Shown here: piece after piece, positions 40,327-52,280 of the stretch
Layout: each line of letters starts with the position of its first letter
How positions within the stretch are numbered: position 1 is the first letter of the stretch
DNA from: Ptychomitrium polyphyllum
Taxonomy: Eukaryota
Direction: 5' to 3'
DNA length: 64,000 nucleotides
NCBI GenBank assembly: GCA_973851085.1
Contig: OZ316775.1
Coordinates: forward strand, 8,804,001-8,868,000
The notes under the pieces: generated by a model
The model's database searches: none
Told to the model about the DNA's origin: nothing
What the model saw: the letters and a program-made list of their open reading frames with translations, nothing else
Translations under genes and position numbers: made by a program

Positions 40327-41122
40327 CTATTTGTCAAGAGAAGCAAGGCGAGCTTGGATGGTCCGAATGTCCTCCTTGAGTACTTTCTTCTTCATGTCAA
40401 TGACTTTGTCTCTTTTTTGCTTCCGAAGAGCTTCAAGCTCTGACTTTAGGGACTCCACATGCCGGACCAGCTCATCGTGTGCAGAAACTGCTGGAGGAGC
40501 GAACGGAGCAGGAGGTTGAACGGCAAGGGCAGGGGCAGGTGGGGGCAGATTTTGCACCGTTGCAGGAGGAAGTGGTCTAGGTTGGGGTTCCCTCGTCATG
40601 GCGTAGTAAGACCCTCCTACAATCGAAACTCCAGCCAAAACAGCAACTACACCACCTATTCCTCCCCGTCCTGCCTTCTGAACGCCTGCATCCTGGGCCT
40701 ATGACAACAACATCGTGAGAAAGACTCTGTTAGACGACTTCAGTAATTGCCTATCCTTGATATTGAAAATTGAGTAACACAGCAATAGAAAACAAATCAT
40801 GATATACATAAGTGCCTGATATATGCACATACCAATAGTATCGAAGGCTGGCGACTAATTACAAACTTTAAACGCAAATGGAGCAGTAACTCGAGCACTT
40901 GGCCGATTACAGGAGCCTAATCTTGCTTTTGAGACATTCTCGCCTTACAAGATACGATCTCTCAGACTAACATCTGGCATCAAGACCAACGATTATGATG
41001 GCACCACATGCAAATGAACTTCCAGAGATGCTTACCACCGTAGAAACAGAACGAGATAACGTAAAAACTCGTGGCCGGAGACGATTATGGCCTCCAAGCT
41101 CACGAACAAAAACCCTCAACAT
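40327..41122 (-). CDS. Small (152 aa) protein of unknown function: presequence-like N-terminus, one TM helix, Pro-rich linker, C-terminal coiled coil; 2 exons
   Basis: Exon 1 41122-41036 (MLRVFVRELGGHNRLRPRVFTLSRSVSTV, donor GTAAGC) joins in phase 0 to exon 2 40698-40327 (AQDAG..GIGGVVAVLAGVSIVGGSYYAM..PQPRPLPP..DELVRHVESLKSELEALRKQK..). Confidence 0.75.
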
Positions 41123-44094
41123 GATTCCTCAAAACCGCACGCAGCTCCACGCAGCTCTTTACAGCTGCAAAATGCCACAAATCGCTTTGAGTTCGTAATT
41201 CGATTGTTGCAACAATGAAAACAGGCAACAATTCTTGCCTACAAACCAGTAATACCGCATGCAATGAATGGAATAAGAAACAACAAGGCTATTCAAGATC
41301 CATATGGCTCCTGTATTACAATGCAACACCGCAGCATTCATCTCTAACCCAGAGAAAGATTGAATTTTCCATTATGATGATGACACCTAACCCAGAGAAG
41401 CCACTAGAGACCATTTGCACAACAGGCCATCTCATCATGTAGATCCCCTACGGAAGACTGATATACAAGAACGCACTCTATGTAAGGTACACTCCTGCCA
41501 CTCTTCGATACAGTTGAGGCTCCTCTCGCATCAGCAGCAACACATTGAAGACCATTAAAAGAAACTGTCCCTGAAGGATGATGTTGCAACCAGATCCAAC
41601 GCAATCAGGCAAATGTCCAGAACTCAGTCACATAAATCTTTTCGTCGACAATATTACGATGAATTCCGAATCAAAAAGACATCAAATTATTTCACCAAAG
41701 CGAACAAGTAGCTCCTGAATACGAATCCCAGTAAGAAAACTAAAAAGAACCAGAAAACCCCAAATCAAACAACAACCCACCCCGCCCCTCCCCCCACCTC
41801 CCCTCCTAATTCATTATTACTATTTTTTTAAATCACCAAAATCCTCACACGAACTAATCGAAACTGAAAACCAGAAGCACCAGCAAAAACCACAGAACGA
41901 ATCCAAAAACAAAAAAACTCCCGAAGCTAAGACCCTACCACCTCCATAACACAAAATTTTCATCCACGCCAGAAACCAAGACGAGGAATCCTACAAAAGT
42001 AACGATAACCTAGATACCTCACCACCGCCGATCGATCACCATAACAGCAACAATGCACCAGCAGGAAACAGGCAAGGAAGGAAATGAACTCAAAGGCGTA
42101 GAGATCGTCGAGTACCAGAGCAAGCGGGCACCAAATGCGACACGGAGAAGCTTGATGAGACGAGGAGACGGTGGCAAAGAGAACCACACTGGCAGAATTC
42201 CTCCAACAACCGGCAGCGCAAGATGCGAGATCTCATGCAAACAACATCCCAGTGTGAGTGACCATGCCGCCATGTGCGCCACCGTCCGCCTTCGTCCTCC
42301 TCTCGATGGCCTGCCTCCTGATCCGTTACTCCCTCCTGAACCCACATCATCTCTATGAGGTGAACACCTCACTCCATCACATCTATCACTGCAACGATTT
42401 GATGACGGCTTTGAATGGAGTGAGGTTTTTAGGTTCATCGTCACTCATAAACATTAGGGTTTTGCTGAGCTGTTCTCTTCACCTCGGTTTTGCGTTCCCA
42501 CTTCCTCCGCTTTCTTCCAGAATGGTGCCTTCTTTGTAGAGTGAATATGTAAAAGCGACCTTGAAAGCGTTTTCTACTCCAGCTAGACATTTGTGCTTGC
42601 AAAGTCTGTTTTGTTGATGATGTTGGTTTTGTGAGAAGTGTCGGGTTTTGGGTACTGATTCCTATACCTACCGTAGCAGAAAAATAGTTTTTGGAGCGTT
42701 ATTCCTGAGGTTCTCTGTTTTTTGTGCAATGGAGTGCAAACAGGTGAGCATACTTCAAATTGGGCGATGGTGTGTTTCTGCTTGATGGTTTTTATGGAGT
42801 TTTTTGGCTCTAGTTCAGGTGTAAGTGAAAAAGTTTGTGAAGTGTAAGTGCATCAACTTGAACTGACTCCTGCTGTTTGTGAGGCGGAAAGCAAAACGAA
42901 GGCTGGATTTCTGGATATGTTACGGGACAGCATACGAGTTGCCTGCCTTGATGTCGACCTCTGCACTTGGTTAGCATATGTACGTTGACCCATAGTGCAG
43001 CTTGAGCTTTCCAAGAGAAGACCTGCTATGGTACTACCAATTGGCAGCTTTTCAGCTTTGATTTGGAAGCAGTGTCAAATATCTAGTGTTATGGTCTAGA
43101 GAGTAGGTATACTAGCATCGTTCAAAAGAAAGGCAAAAGAGGGCCAAAGAAGAGCATCATCTCATTCAAAAGAAGAGCACTTAGACTTATAAAGTTTTAC
43201 TGCTTACAGCTTGTTCAAGTACGATAGCCTCTACAACGAAGACGACCATATTCTACACCGGCACCTTGTGTCACAGATTCGATATACCCTATTATATCGT
43301 GAATTTGAACTTTATATCGTTTGTAAAATCACGTAATAAACGCATGAAAGCAAGAATCAGATGAAATGACAAGGACGCATGGATCAGCTTGGTTAGGCAG
43401 CAGAGTTTTACGTGATAACTACCAAAACTGATGTCCATCAGAGAGTACTCACCTATCTGAAAGCATGCTTGTGGACTGCACAGCAAGCAAATAATTGATA
43501 TCCTCCGCTACCAAGGAACTTGTCAAGGTCCACCAGCGGGTAAACACAATTATTCATCACCATGTGTTGGTGTGCTCAGAGTCAAGAAAGATGACCATTT
43601 ACTGCTTTTAGTGGCATCCCTTTGCAGTTCATCACCTGCCCCGAAGTTCTTAGGCAAGTCGTTGAATTCAAAACAAAAAAGCTATCCAAGGTCTACAATA
43701 ACAGTGGTTCAGGTCCTGTGACTCTTGGACCTAGGAAACAGTTCACTCTGTTAAGTGAGACCAAATAGTCTGTAACACTGTGTGGAGTTGAAACTGCCAA
43801 GCTTAGTGTTATACTTATACAATCGAAGCAAGCCGCCCGGACTCGATCAAGACATGGCAGTTTCCTCACATGAGTTCGATTTTCTTAAAAGAAATTGTTT
43901 CTCTAGCTACTCATGCATTTCATAGTAACCAAATTCTTAGTCGGTCCGGTTATTGCAGGTTTGACGTTTGTCACAGCAGCTTGATTTCTCGGGTGCAAGC
44001 GGAATTGGGTGTCGCTGTGAACTCTCCGCAACAGTTTCTGCGTCTAGATTCGTGATCGGGATTCGGGACGAATTCATTTGCAGTAGAATTGGTT

Positions 44095-44616
44095 TCGCTT
44101 TCTAAGTCACGGAGTTTATTCATGCAACTTTTGGGGTTAGGTCAGGAGAAGTATGGATATGTATGAGAAGCTGTTACGGGTGTTAATGCGGAGAAAGTAC
44201 GAGAAAGTGGACAGGAGTAAGTCATCGCGGAATCAGCAAGGGTTTGTGGTGAAAAGGAAGAGTGTCGCTGTAAAGATTTCCAACGGGGAGAAAGGGAAGA
44301 AGATCGCTAGGGAGAATGTAGGTGCTTCGGAGCCGTTGCCAATAGTGAATCCCAAGCGTTTCACGATCCTGTCATCGGCAAAAGACGTTGTTGACGAAGA
44401 GTGGCTAAAAGAAACGCTCGACCGCACCCTTGCCCAAGGGCGACTCAACGTTCTTACAAAAGAATCTGCGCAGTAATCATACTTCTTTAAGCAACTCTTT
44501 ATCAAACTTGTGATGATCATCGTCAATGCAGTCAGTCCCAGAGACTGGATAGTCATTCAGAAAGATATCAAGATACATGTCGTTGACATGAATAAACTCC
44601 GTGACTTAGAAAGCGA
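44095..44616. repeat. Perfect 30-bp inverted repeat (44095-44124 / 44587-44616) enclosing paralog 2
   Basis: TCGCTTTCTAAGTCACGGAGTTTATTCATG and CATGAATAAACTCCGTGACTTAGAAAGCGA are exact reverse complements; CAAC/GTTG extends the match after a 1-nt gap. Confidence 0.97.
44153..44476 (+). CDS. Small basic protein of unknown function, paralog 2 (107 aa, intronless)
   Basis: MDMYEKLLRVLMRRKY...GFVVKRK...PKRFTILSSAKDVVDEEWLKETLDRTLAQGRL. Confidence 0.85.
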   Translation: MDMYEKLLRVLMRRKYEKVDRSKSSRNQQGFVVKRKSVAVKISNGEKGKKIARENVGASEPLPIVNPKRFTILSSAKDVVDEEWLKETLDRTLAQGRLNVLTKESAQ

Positions 44617-47600
44617 TGATCATCAACAGGCTCTAGACGACTTGTTCACAGCAAGTGAGAGTAAGCGATGTTAAATTAAACAATTTCCAACCATCGGAGG
44701 AAAGCACATCTTAGGATTTCAATGATCATTCTTGCTAACAGGAGATCAGTCACTGCACCCACGATGTTATGCACGGTCAAATGGAATTGTGCTATTTTAC
44801 AATTATAAAGTTTGTGCAGCTACCATAATTTCTGAATATTCACTTCTACTATGGAACTAGGGTGTATGTCTTTGGCCTTTCGTGCAGTGGACTACGTTTG
44901 GTATCTTGTATAGTTTTGCGTTCGTTGTGTAAGCTCTACCATGGCTTATTGTTAACTCGAAATGTTAGGTGTTTTTCCGATTCAACTACTTCATGCCACT
45001 GCGAAGACATGTGGGCTAACTTTTGTCTGTGAATATACGCCGCTTTCTGCATCGAAGTATGTGTTCCGCTCTGAAGTAGCTCACAATACGGATATCAGAC
45101 TTCGGTATTACTTGTCCAGCCTTCCTTGTACCGAACTTATTATTTTGGTCTTGGATCGAATAGACCCAGTATCTCTCATCATTCGATCCCTATTCTAAAC
45201 CATGCAACCGTACAAACTCCCTCCACAAGATTCCCTACATTCTGCTTGTCACAGAACTCACGTTTACCAGAAGATTCAACCTGTGGTGCTTAAGAAAAGT
45301 TTTGTTGCATTTTTCTGGTCGGAAAGGGGCCTTATCATGGTTAAGTTATGATGCTGTTCAGTTCATAATGATCGATAGTGTTGACTGTCAAACTATAAAC
45401 GCAAGTCCAAGATCCATTTCCGTATAGCCGCAAATCGTACGAACTACTCTTGAGCAAGTAACAGTACCAGCAATGAAAAATATTTCAATTTCAGCTCAAG
45501 GGATGCAGGAAATTTGGACCTGGTCAATGCCAGTAATGGAATTCCTCTTGACAAAACTGAAGCTGAGTGCTATAGAGAAGCCTCCCTGCTGGAGTATCTC
45601 ATTCTTATTTCAGAAAGCCAAGAAAAAATCTTCTTCTTCAAGACGCCAGGTGACGTTTGCTTACAAACTAGCTCTCTTTAGCTGGTGAAATGAATATGAT
45701 GTACTCTTTGACTTTCAAAGCAGTAGTAACGTATCTCAGATTATCAAAGCTCTTTGTTTGGCTAGGCGTTCATTCTTACTTTGGAAGCCCGATCTGATTG
45801 AGAAGGAAATTGTTGTCTTGACTTCTGGGGTATCTGACGTCTGACTTCTTCGGCTGTGCTCCGTTGAAACAAAGCTATGCATAATCATGAACTTTGGAAA
45901 GAGTATCCTGCAAACATTTGTGAAGAGGCAGACGAAGAGCAGTGATAGATGTTTTAATGTGTTGACAAATGTAGTTAAATTTCTTAATCGTACAAGGTGA
46001 TATTGCATAGGCTATTGCGGTTTTAGGTGGGGTTCAGAGATGGTGCTTTTGTAGCACTGTTCTTGGCATTAGTGAAACGAAAATTTCATTGGAGTCAAAA
46101 CAACAGCTTTCGTGGCACTGTTTGATTGACGAACGATCTATTATTTCGATAAAAAGAAGGAAAGGACACACGATTGTATCGTACCAGGGGAGTCGAGCAT
46201 ATTCTTAAACGAGGAGGACTGCGGCGTGATTTTCACCCTTGAGACCATTTTGATTTGACGGTGAAGTATATACCTCTTGACCTTTTACTCCACGAGCCAG
46301 CATATTTGGAGGTAAAGTTTTTACCAAGGTTCATTTAAGAGAAAGGTGACTTTTACCATATCCTCGGCCTGAGGTTTCTCCATGCATACTCAGTAACTGT
46401 TCCATAACACTCCTCAAAAAGTAGTAGAGAGTATGACAAGGTATAACGTTACACCCTTTGTTAATTGGCATAACATCTTATAAAATACCAAGATTATAAA
46501 TTATCAGGCTCACAACAGACATGTCAACTGCTGATTGTGATAACAGCACCAACGAAGTCAATCAAAAGCGCCATCAGTCGCAGAAAGAAATAATTTTCTT
46601 GATGAAGGGCTGCATACCTTTGAAAAACAGGAGTGTCATTGCCCTGTGATCCACCAATGATGTGGTAGCTCTTCACTATTGCCAAATGACATGCAGATGA
46701 TGCAAGCAAGGCATCCATGTCGGAACTCTGCATCAGTTCGTGCAACACCAAAGACTCCCAACTTCAGCAACTAATCAGGGAAGATCACCTGAATCATTGT
46801 ACACTAAATCATATTCTACTTAACTCTAGTAGTCCAGACATTCACAGCATTAATTGATTGCATTTTTGTGTAACTGACAGTGTCATTGGATCTCATGTGT
46901 GCGTTGTCCTGCCAGCCAGCTTCTGCACTTTATAGTCTCCGTGATGCTTAATTCCAAAGAGAAGGGTTGAAACAGTACACAAGGGAGAAATTGATCATCT
47001 AGGGGTTGAGGCAAGTTGCATTATCTAACTCTCACGGAATGCTCAACATGGCATTCTTCAACAGTGAGAAGCAACTCACCCTCACCCTTACCTTGGGAAG
47101 TGGAAAGCCAACAATATATGATAGAATAAAATTTTACATAAAAAGGATTTTTTTATGAAAATGAGATGTAGAATGAATTTAAATTAATTAGGGAGTGATT
47201 TATTCCAATATATAATTACCTTAAATTTTGCATATCATAATTATTGATTTAGTGATAATAATGCTTAAAATTTAGAATGGCTCTACATTATAATGGTGTC
47301 ATTTCCCCATCTATTTTTGTATGAACTAAACTAGCAACGTCTTGTCTAGAAAAGCATGTCAAAATCAGGGCATAAGTCTAATTAGGTGACATGACATATA
47401 GATTCCTTAAATGTTTAATAAAACAAGGTTTTAACAATGGAATGCTACTTTTTGTTGTCCCAGAATATTGTTGTCTTAGGATATTCTATAGTGGAAAAAA
47501 ACATCACTCCTCCAACAAAGAATTACTTTATAACTTATTACCATACAAAGTTTTGTCTAACCTATCAACACAAAAGATGCCACAAATATCTAGCTCTTAC

Positions 47601-48275
47601 TAAGCATAGAGAAAGGTTCCAATTAATCTGTTATGAAGCTGGTGGATAAGACCCTGTGTACTTAAAAATAAAACAAAATTATCAATAATCAAAATTATGT
47701 GACCCGTTGAATGCTTCCCCATTTTCTTTACCTCGAAGCCACCCCACTGGCCTTAGATATCCTCGTGAGGTTTACCACGTCTTGGCTCCATTCAACACTA
47801 GCACGTAGACAGATCAAGTACAAAACGGACAAACGAGTGAAAAGTATTAAATTATGAGATTCGCCTCAACTTCAGTCAAAACGAAATATGCGCAACTTGG
47901 GATCACCTCTTGTACAGTCACTTGTGTCCAGGTGGTAATAGAACTTTACTAAGCCAAGCTCAACTGCACTTGTGTCCGCACCAGCAGGACAAGTACCACG
48001 CTTCATGAGCTTCTCTTTACTTAAGTCCTGGGAATCCTGCAAAAGAAATCATCGTAGCAGAGCTGAGCCAGTGCGGTGAGAAGTCCCAACGCTTGCACAC
48101 TCCGTCTGAAGGTGCCTGCCATGTCTAGCCGTTTCATCGCAAAGGATATCACATCAGTTTAGCTTGCTCTGGCAGCGTTGTGGATCTGCACAGCGGCGAG
48201 GTTTAGCATAGTGGAGTAGTGCTAGCTAGTCTGTCGGCCGCTGTATGATCGCTTGAGTTAGCAGGATTAATTGGG

Positions 48276-48674
48276 ATGGAGATATATGAGTCGTTGTCCA
48301 GGGCGTTGCTGCGGCGGAAGTACAGGCGAATTGAGGGCGGGAGTGGGTTTGTGGTGAAGCGCAAGCGGGTGAAGGTAGCACACCTGCAGGACGACGGTGC
48401 CAAGCGACGCAGCACAGCGCACAGGCTGCGGTTGCGGTGCTTCCGGCTGCGCTTTCTTGTGCCGGCGAGGCTTGTGGAGAGCTTGAAGGTGGCATGCGTG
48501 AAGATGGTGCAGCAGGTCGCTAGCAAAGGGAAGACAATTGAGCAGGCTCCGAAGCCGGTTCTAATGCTGCCAAAGACGATGCCGCTGCGGGCGTCTAATA
48601 ATGATGTGGTGAACGAAGTGTGGTTCCAGCAGGCGCTTCGCCGCTCTATCGCTGAAGGTCGGGTGACAATTTGA
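48276..48674 (+). CDS. Small basic protein of unknown function, paralog 3 (132 aa, intronless)
   Basis: MEIYESLSRALLRRKY...GFVVKRK...RLRLRCFRLRFLVPARLVESLKVACVKM...PKTMPLRASNNDVVNEVWFQQALRRSIAEGRVTI. Confidence 0.87.
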   Translation: MEIYESLSRALLRRKYRRIEGGSGFVVKRKRVKVAHLQDDGAKRRSTAHRLRLRCFRLRFLVPARLVESLKVACVKMVQQVASKGKTIEQAPKPVLMLPKTMPLRASNNDVVNEVWFQQALRRSIAEGRVTI

Positions 48675-49809
48675 GGGCAGGCGCGCTGAAGAAGACCATC
48701 TCTGACGCTGAGTTGGCTTGTCCTCTACCCGTTCGAAGGCAGGCTCATCAGTTTGGAATGCTGCTTCTTCTCTTGTGCACAGGAGAGCTCCTGACGTTGG
48801 GAATGGGTTAGGGTAGGATTATTTCCAGTCGACCGCCAGAGGTCGTCACTTTTGAGAATCAATTGGTCAAAATTAAGGTGTATCATGCACTCGCCAAATA
48901 GCGAGTTTGCGTACTTGCAGGTAGTTGATGTTCTTCTTCCGTAGCTCCAGAGGTATCAGCAGCTAGTTGGGTAATTAGCAGAGACCGTAATGGAGAAACC
49001 ACCTGGCTGAGGTTGATTGCGAGGCGTGTGGGAAGTGTAAAGGAATCTTCAGAGAGGAGACTGAAATGAAGTAGGAAGCGTGTGAATTAGTGCCCACGAT
49101 TCATGAAGAAGAATTTTTCGCACAAAGTGTCAGTTTGAGGCTCAATACGAGAGTCATTTCTTTCTCTGTTCGTGTTTAAAATGCTTCAGGTAGATATCCT
49201 TTCTTTTAACAGGGATGCATGTGCGTTTTCTGAGGTCCACACCCTTTTTTTAATCTTCTCGTAAGGAGCTGTTATCACAGTATTATTACCAAGCTCGTGG
49301 CAAGATTGTGTGGAAGTTGTGTGGAGTGAGCATCTGCAGATTTGCAGGCAAGTAGTCTTGTTGGTTTTTACACATCATTTCTGGTGCGGTTCCGAGAGGA
49401 ATAATTGGTGTCTCAAGATTGCAAGACCATAGTGGTCTAATGGGACGAGAGAATGACACAATCGACAACGTTCTAAGTTTTATCACTGCTTGTTTATTAG
49501 TCCTACTACAGCATATTCATACTAAATGTTTGCACATTCCTTAAAAGTTCTAATAATTACTCAAATTGTAGTATCTCCTTAAGGTTTTTCAAGTCCGCGA
49601 TGAAAGACATGGCCATGGCTAGCTAAGGGACGCCGCACTTTCCCTTAACATCTTCTATATTTCCTACCATTTTCGACCAGGCTATACATAAGTAAGCTTT
49701 CACCTTTATTTCAAAACCGTTTGGTTGTTTTCGATAGTAATCTACCATTTAAGCTTTAACAGCGAGAATCCTAGTGCCTACAACATAAGGAACATAAATT
49801 CCTCAAAAG

Positions 49810-51808
49810 CTAACGTGACCACAAAATGCGCAACTGTGCAATGTGGCGCAACAATTCTTCCCTGCCTTGGTTAGTTTCAGAACTCGTCATAATCCACGGA
49901 GGTATCTCGGCGAACATAGGTTTCAGCTTTTCTAAGAAGTCCTTTATGTTCTCTTCTGGTTTCCGGCCTCCATTCTTTTTCTTTTTCTTTCTGTCGCATT
50001 TTGTAAACACGACGGTAAGAGGTATCTGTGAACCAAGAAATGCCAATGATCACACGTTTAGTTTCAATTCAGCTAGGTCCGGAGTCTTTCCTCTTGACAG
50101 AAACCAAAAAGGATCAATCTCATCTAAAACAAAAACCCAACAAGAGAATGTGCTTCGAAGAACTTTAAAGATGAGGTAGCTAAAATAAGTAAGATAAAGG
50201 ACGGCCATTGAGAGATCATTTCATCTAAAACAATAAAGAACCACCATATGAGGGATATTCATGGTGTACTTCATTACATTTTTACGCCCAAGCCAGTCAA
50301 TGCAATCCAGGTCGATTTGTTGAGGTTCAATGCTAGAGTCAACAAGAAGACACACGCAAACAAGGGTTTCCCGCTTCAAAAAATAATCCTTCGTAAACTC
50401 ATTCCAATCAGTGCGTATGGCCGTTGGAGCTTTTGCAAATCTAGCACAACCACAATCAAATATATCAGTTGCCAACTTCCAAAATGGAATCCTACATTTC
50501 AGAAAATCCTGCACCAATAGTCGAATACATGCTACAGGCAAGGTCCACATGCTACGTTAAAAGCAACCGCCATACAGATTAAACAGTATAAGTGATGAAT
50601 AAATTCAAGAGTGACGAGTATCTACCCGTAACCAGGAAGATCTACCAGATACCACTTCTTGTTGATACGATAATGATTTATGAGCTGAGTTTTACCTGCA
50701 CAATATTCAAACTTTCGCTTATCAGCATAATTCAACATGCTCAACCTTGAGAACCAGTATTCAGCATGCATCCAGCTCTAAAACAATCAAAAGTATCAGG
50801 GGATGTAAGGAAAACGAGGTTGACTTAAGACCAAGGTCCAATATCTATAGCGAAGAGCCCTCATTGTATACAAGGTCAACCACTTTCAAAACGACCCAAA
50901 ACTAAAACTTTGTCCTCCTTCCAAATCAACCTTATAGCGATGAATGGTGTCATTAACACAGGATCGGGGAATTCAGCATTAAGATATATCGAAGTTCTAA
51001 TTATAGGGAACCCATTGTAGTTGACCTCACCGCAGTGACCTACAAATGATCTCGACAATGTTGCTAAAACCCAAACCTTTGCGTACGGCACCATACAGAA
51101 TGAAATAATACTACGGTGCTACTGAAGAGTGCGAAATCATGCAAGGACTTCAGATTAAATATCACCGTGTATAGCCCAATGCGCACACCCAGCATCATAT
51201 TATATCAAAGGACATGGACAGAAAATTCGCTGACCAGGTTTCTTGGATGTTTGTGCAAGCTCCTTGCGGCGAACCAGCGAATTAATGAGCGACGACTTCC
51301 CAACATTCGACCGCCCAACCAGTGCAATTTCAGGGTAACCTTCACCCGGGCACTCCGATTCCTTGCTACTACTCTTGATAAAATCAGCTGATTTAACTAT
51401 CGCGAGCCGGCCAACATCTGCACCCGCAGTGAGGACAATATTTGACCCCGGCATAGACTTCAGCCCTTTATCAGGCCCATCACCAGGCTGCGCACTCTGA
51501 TCGGTCAACTGCACATCTGAGTCCTCTGTGTATCCAACTTCCGCAAGCACCGCCCGCGATTTCTCCACGCGAGAGAATCTCCTGCTCGCGAAGCTCCTCT
51601 GAACCTCATCCAACCTAAAACCCCCAAAAGCAGTCCCTCGTCTCCACGACTCCGTCACACACCTCGACTTCAACCTCGCAGCTACCAACGCACCTACTGC
51701 GTAGCTAGAAGCGCGCATGTGAGACAGTGCTCGAGACAGAAGCATGGAAGCAGGCAGAGCGCAGCGGCACTGAGGCAGCAACAGCAGACGGTGGTGCAGC
51801 AGCGCCAT
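49810..51808 (-). CDS. engB: EngB/YsxC/YihA-family GTP-binding protein, organelle-targeted; 4 exons
   Basis: Exons 51808-51235, 50695-50626, 50440-50278, 50025-49810. G1 [19 protein letters not shown]2 TSKKPGKTQLIN, G3 LVDLPGYG, G4 VVFTKCD, G5 TSSETNQG. Confidence 0.95.
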
Positions 51809-51938
51809 CGCAGACAACCTCCAGCGTGAGCTACTCCGCTGCAGCCCTGCCCTCAGCCCTGCGCCCCCATGCCGCCCGTAGCGCTCCCGCCATCACCTCG
51901 TGCTCGCCCACCCACGGCTGCTGCGCCTGCTCCCACCT

Positions 51939-52000
51939 GCTCTCTCCCTCTCCCTCTCCCTCTCCCTCTCGCTCTCTCTCTCTCCCTCTCTCGTTCTCTC
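51939..52000. repeat. CT/GA simple repeat upstream of the EngB gene
   Basis: tctctccctctccctctccctctccctctcgctctctctctctccctctc. Confidence 0.85.
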
Positions 52001-52206
52001 CCTCACTGCGTCTCTCTTGCTGCGTCGCTCTCAGCGTCTGCCTTGAGCAGCACAAGCCTCTGCAATGCAAGTGGTGTTCTTTGTTGTGGACTCTAATGCA
52101 ATAGTATCCACCACTTAGGTAGATTCTTCGGAGTTATCGAATGTCTTTGTATTTAATGGCGGTTTTACGTGCAATGATGGTTTGGATAGTGTAGCGGGCG
52201 TCCGGA

Positions 52207-52280
52207 TAAGCCTGGGAGTCTTAAACCTTAAGCCTGCGAGTCTTAAACCCTAAGCCTGCGAGTCTTAAACCCTAAGCCTG
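52207..52280. repeat. 22-bp tandem repeat (~3.4 copies) containing telo-box AAACCCTA
   Basis: TAAGCCTG(C/G)GAGTCTTAAACC(C/T) units start at 52207, 52229, 52251 and 52273. Confidence 0.92.

Noticed and set aside
41960..42540. Overlapping ORFs in a GC-rich stretch upstream of the small TM gene
   Set aside because: More likely a non-coding 5' leader exon; ORFs in several frames with no family signal.
44095..44616. miRNA precursor or MITE reading of the 30-bp inverted repeat
   Set aside because: The ~460-nt loop holds a conserved protein ORF and no TSD is visible; not called as either, though not formally excluded.
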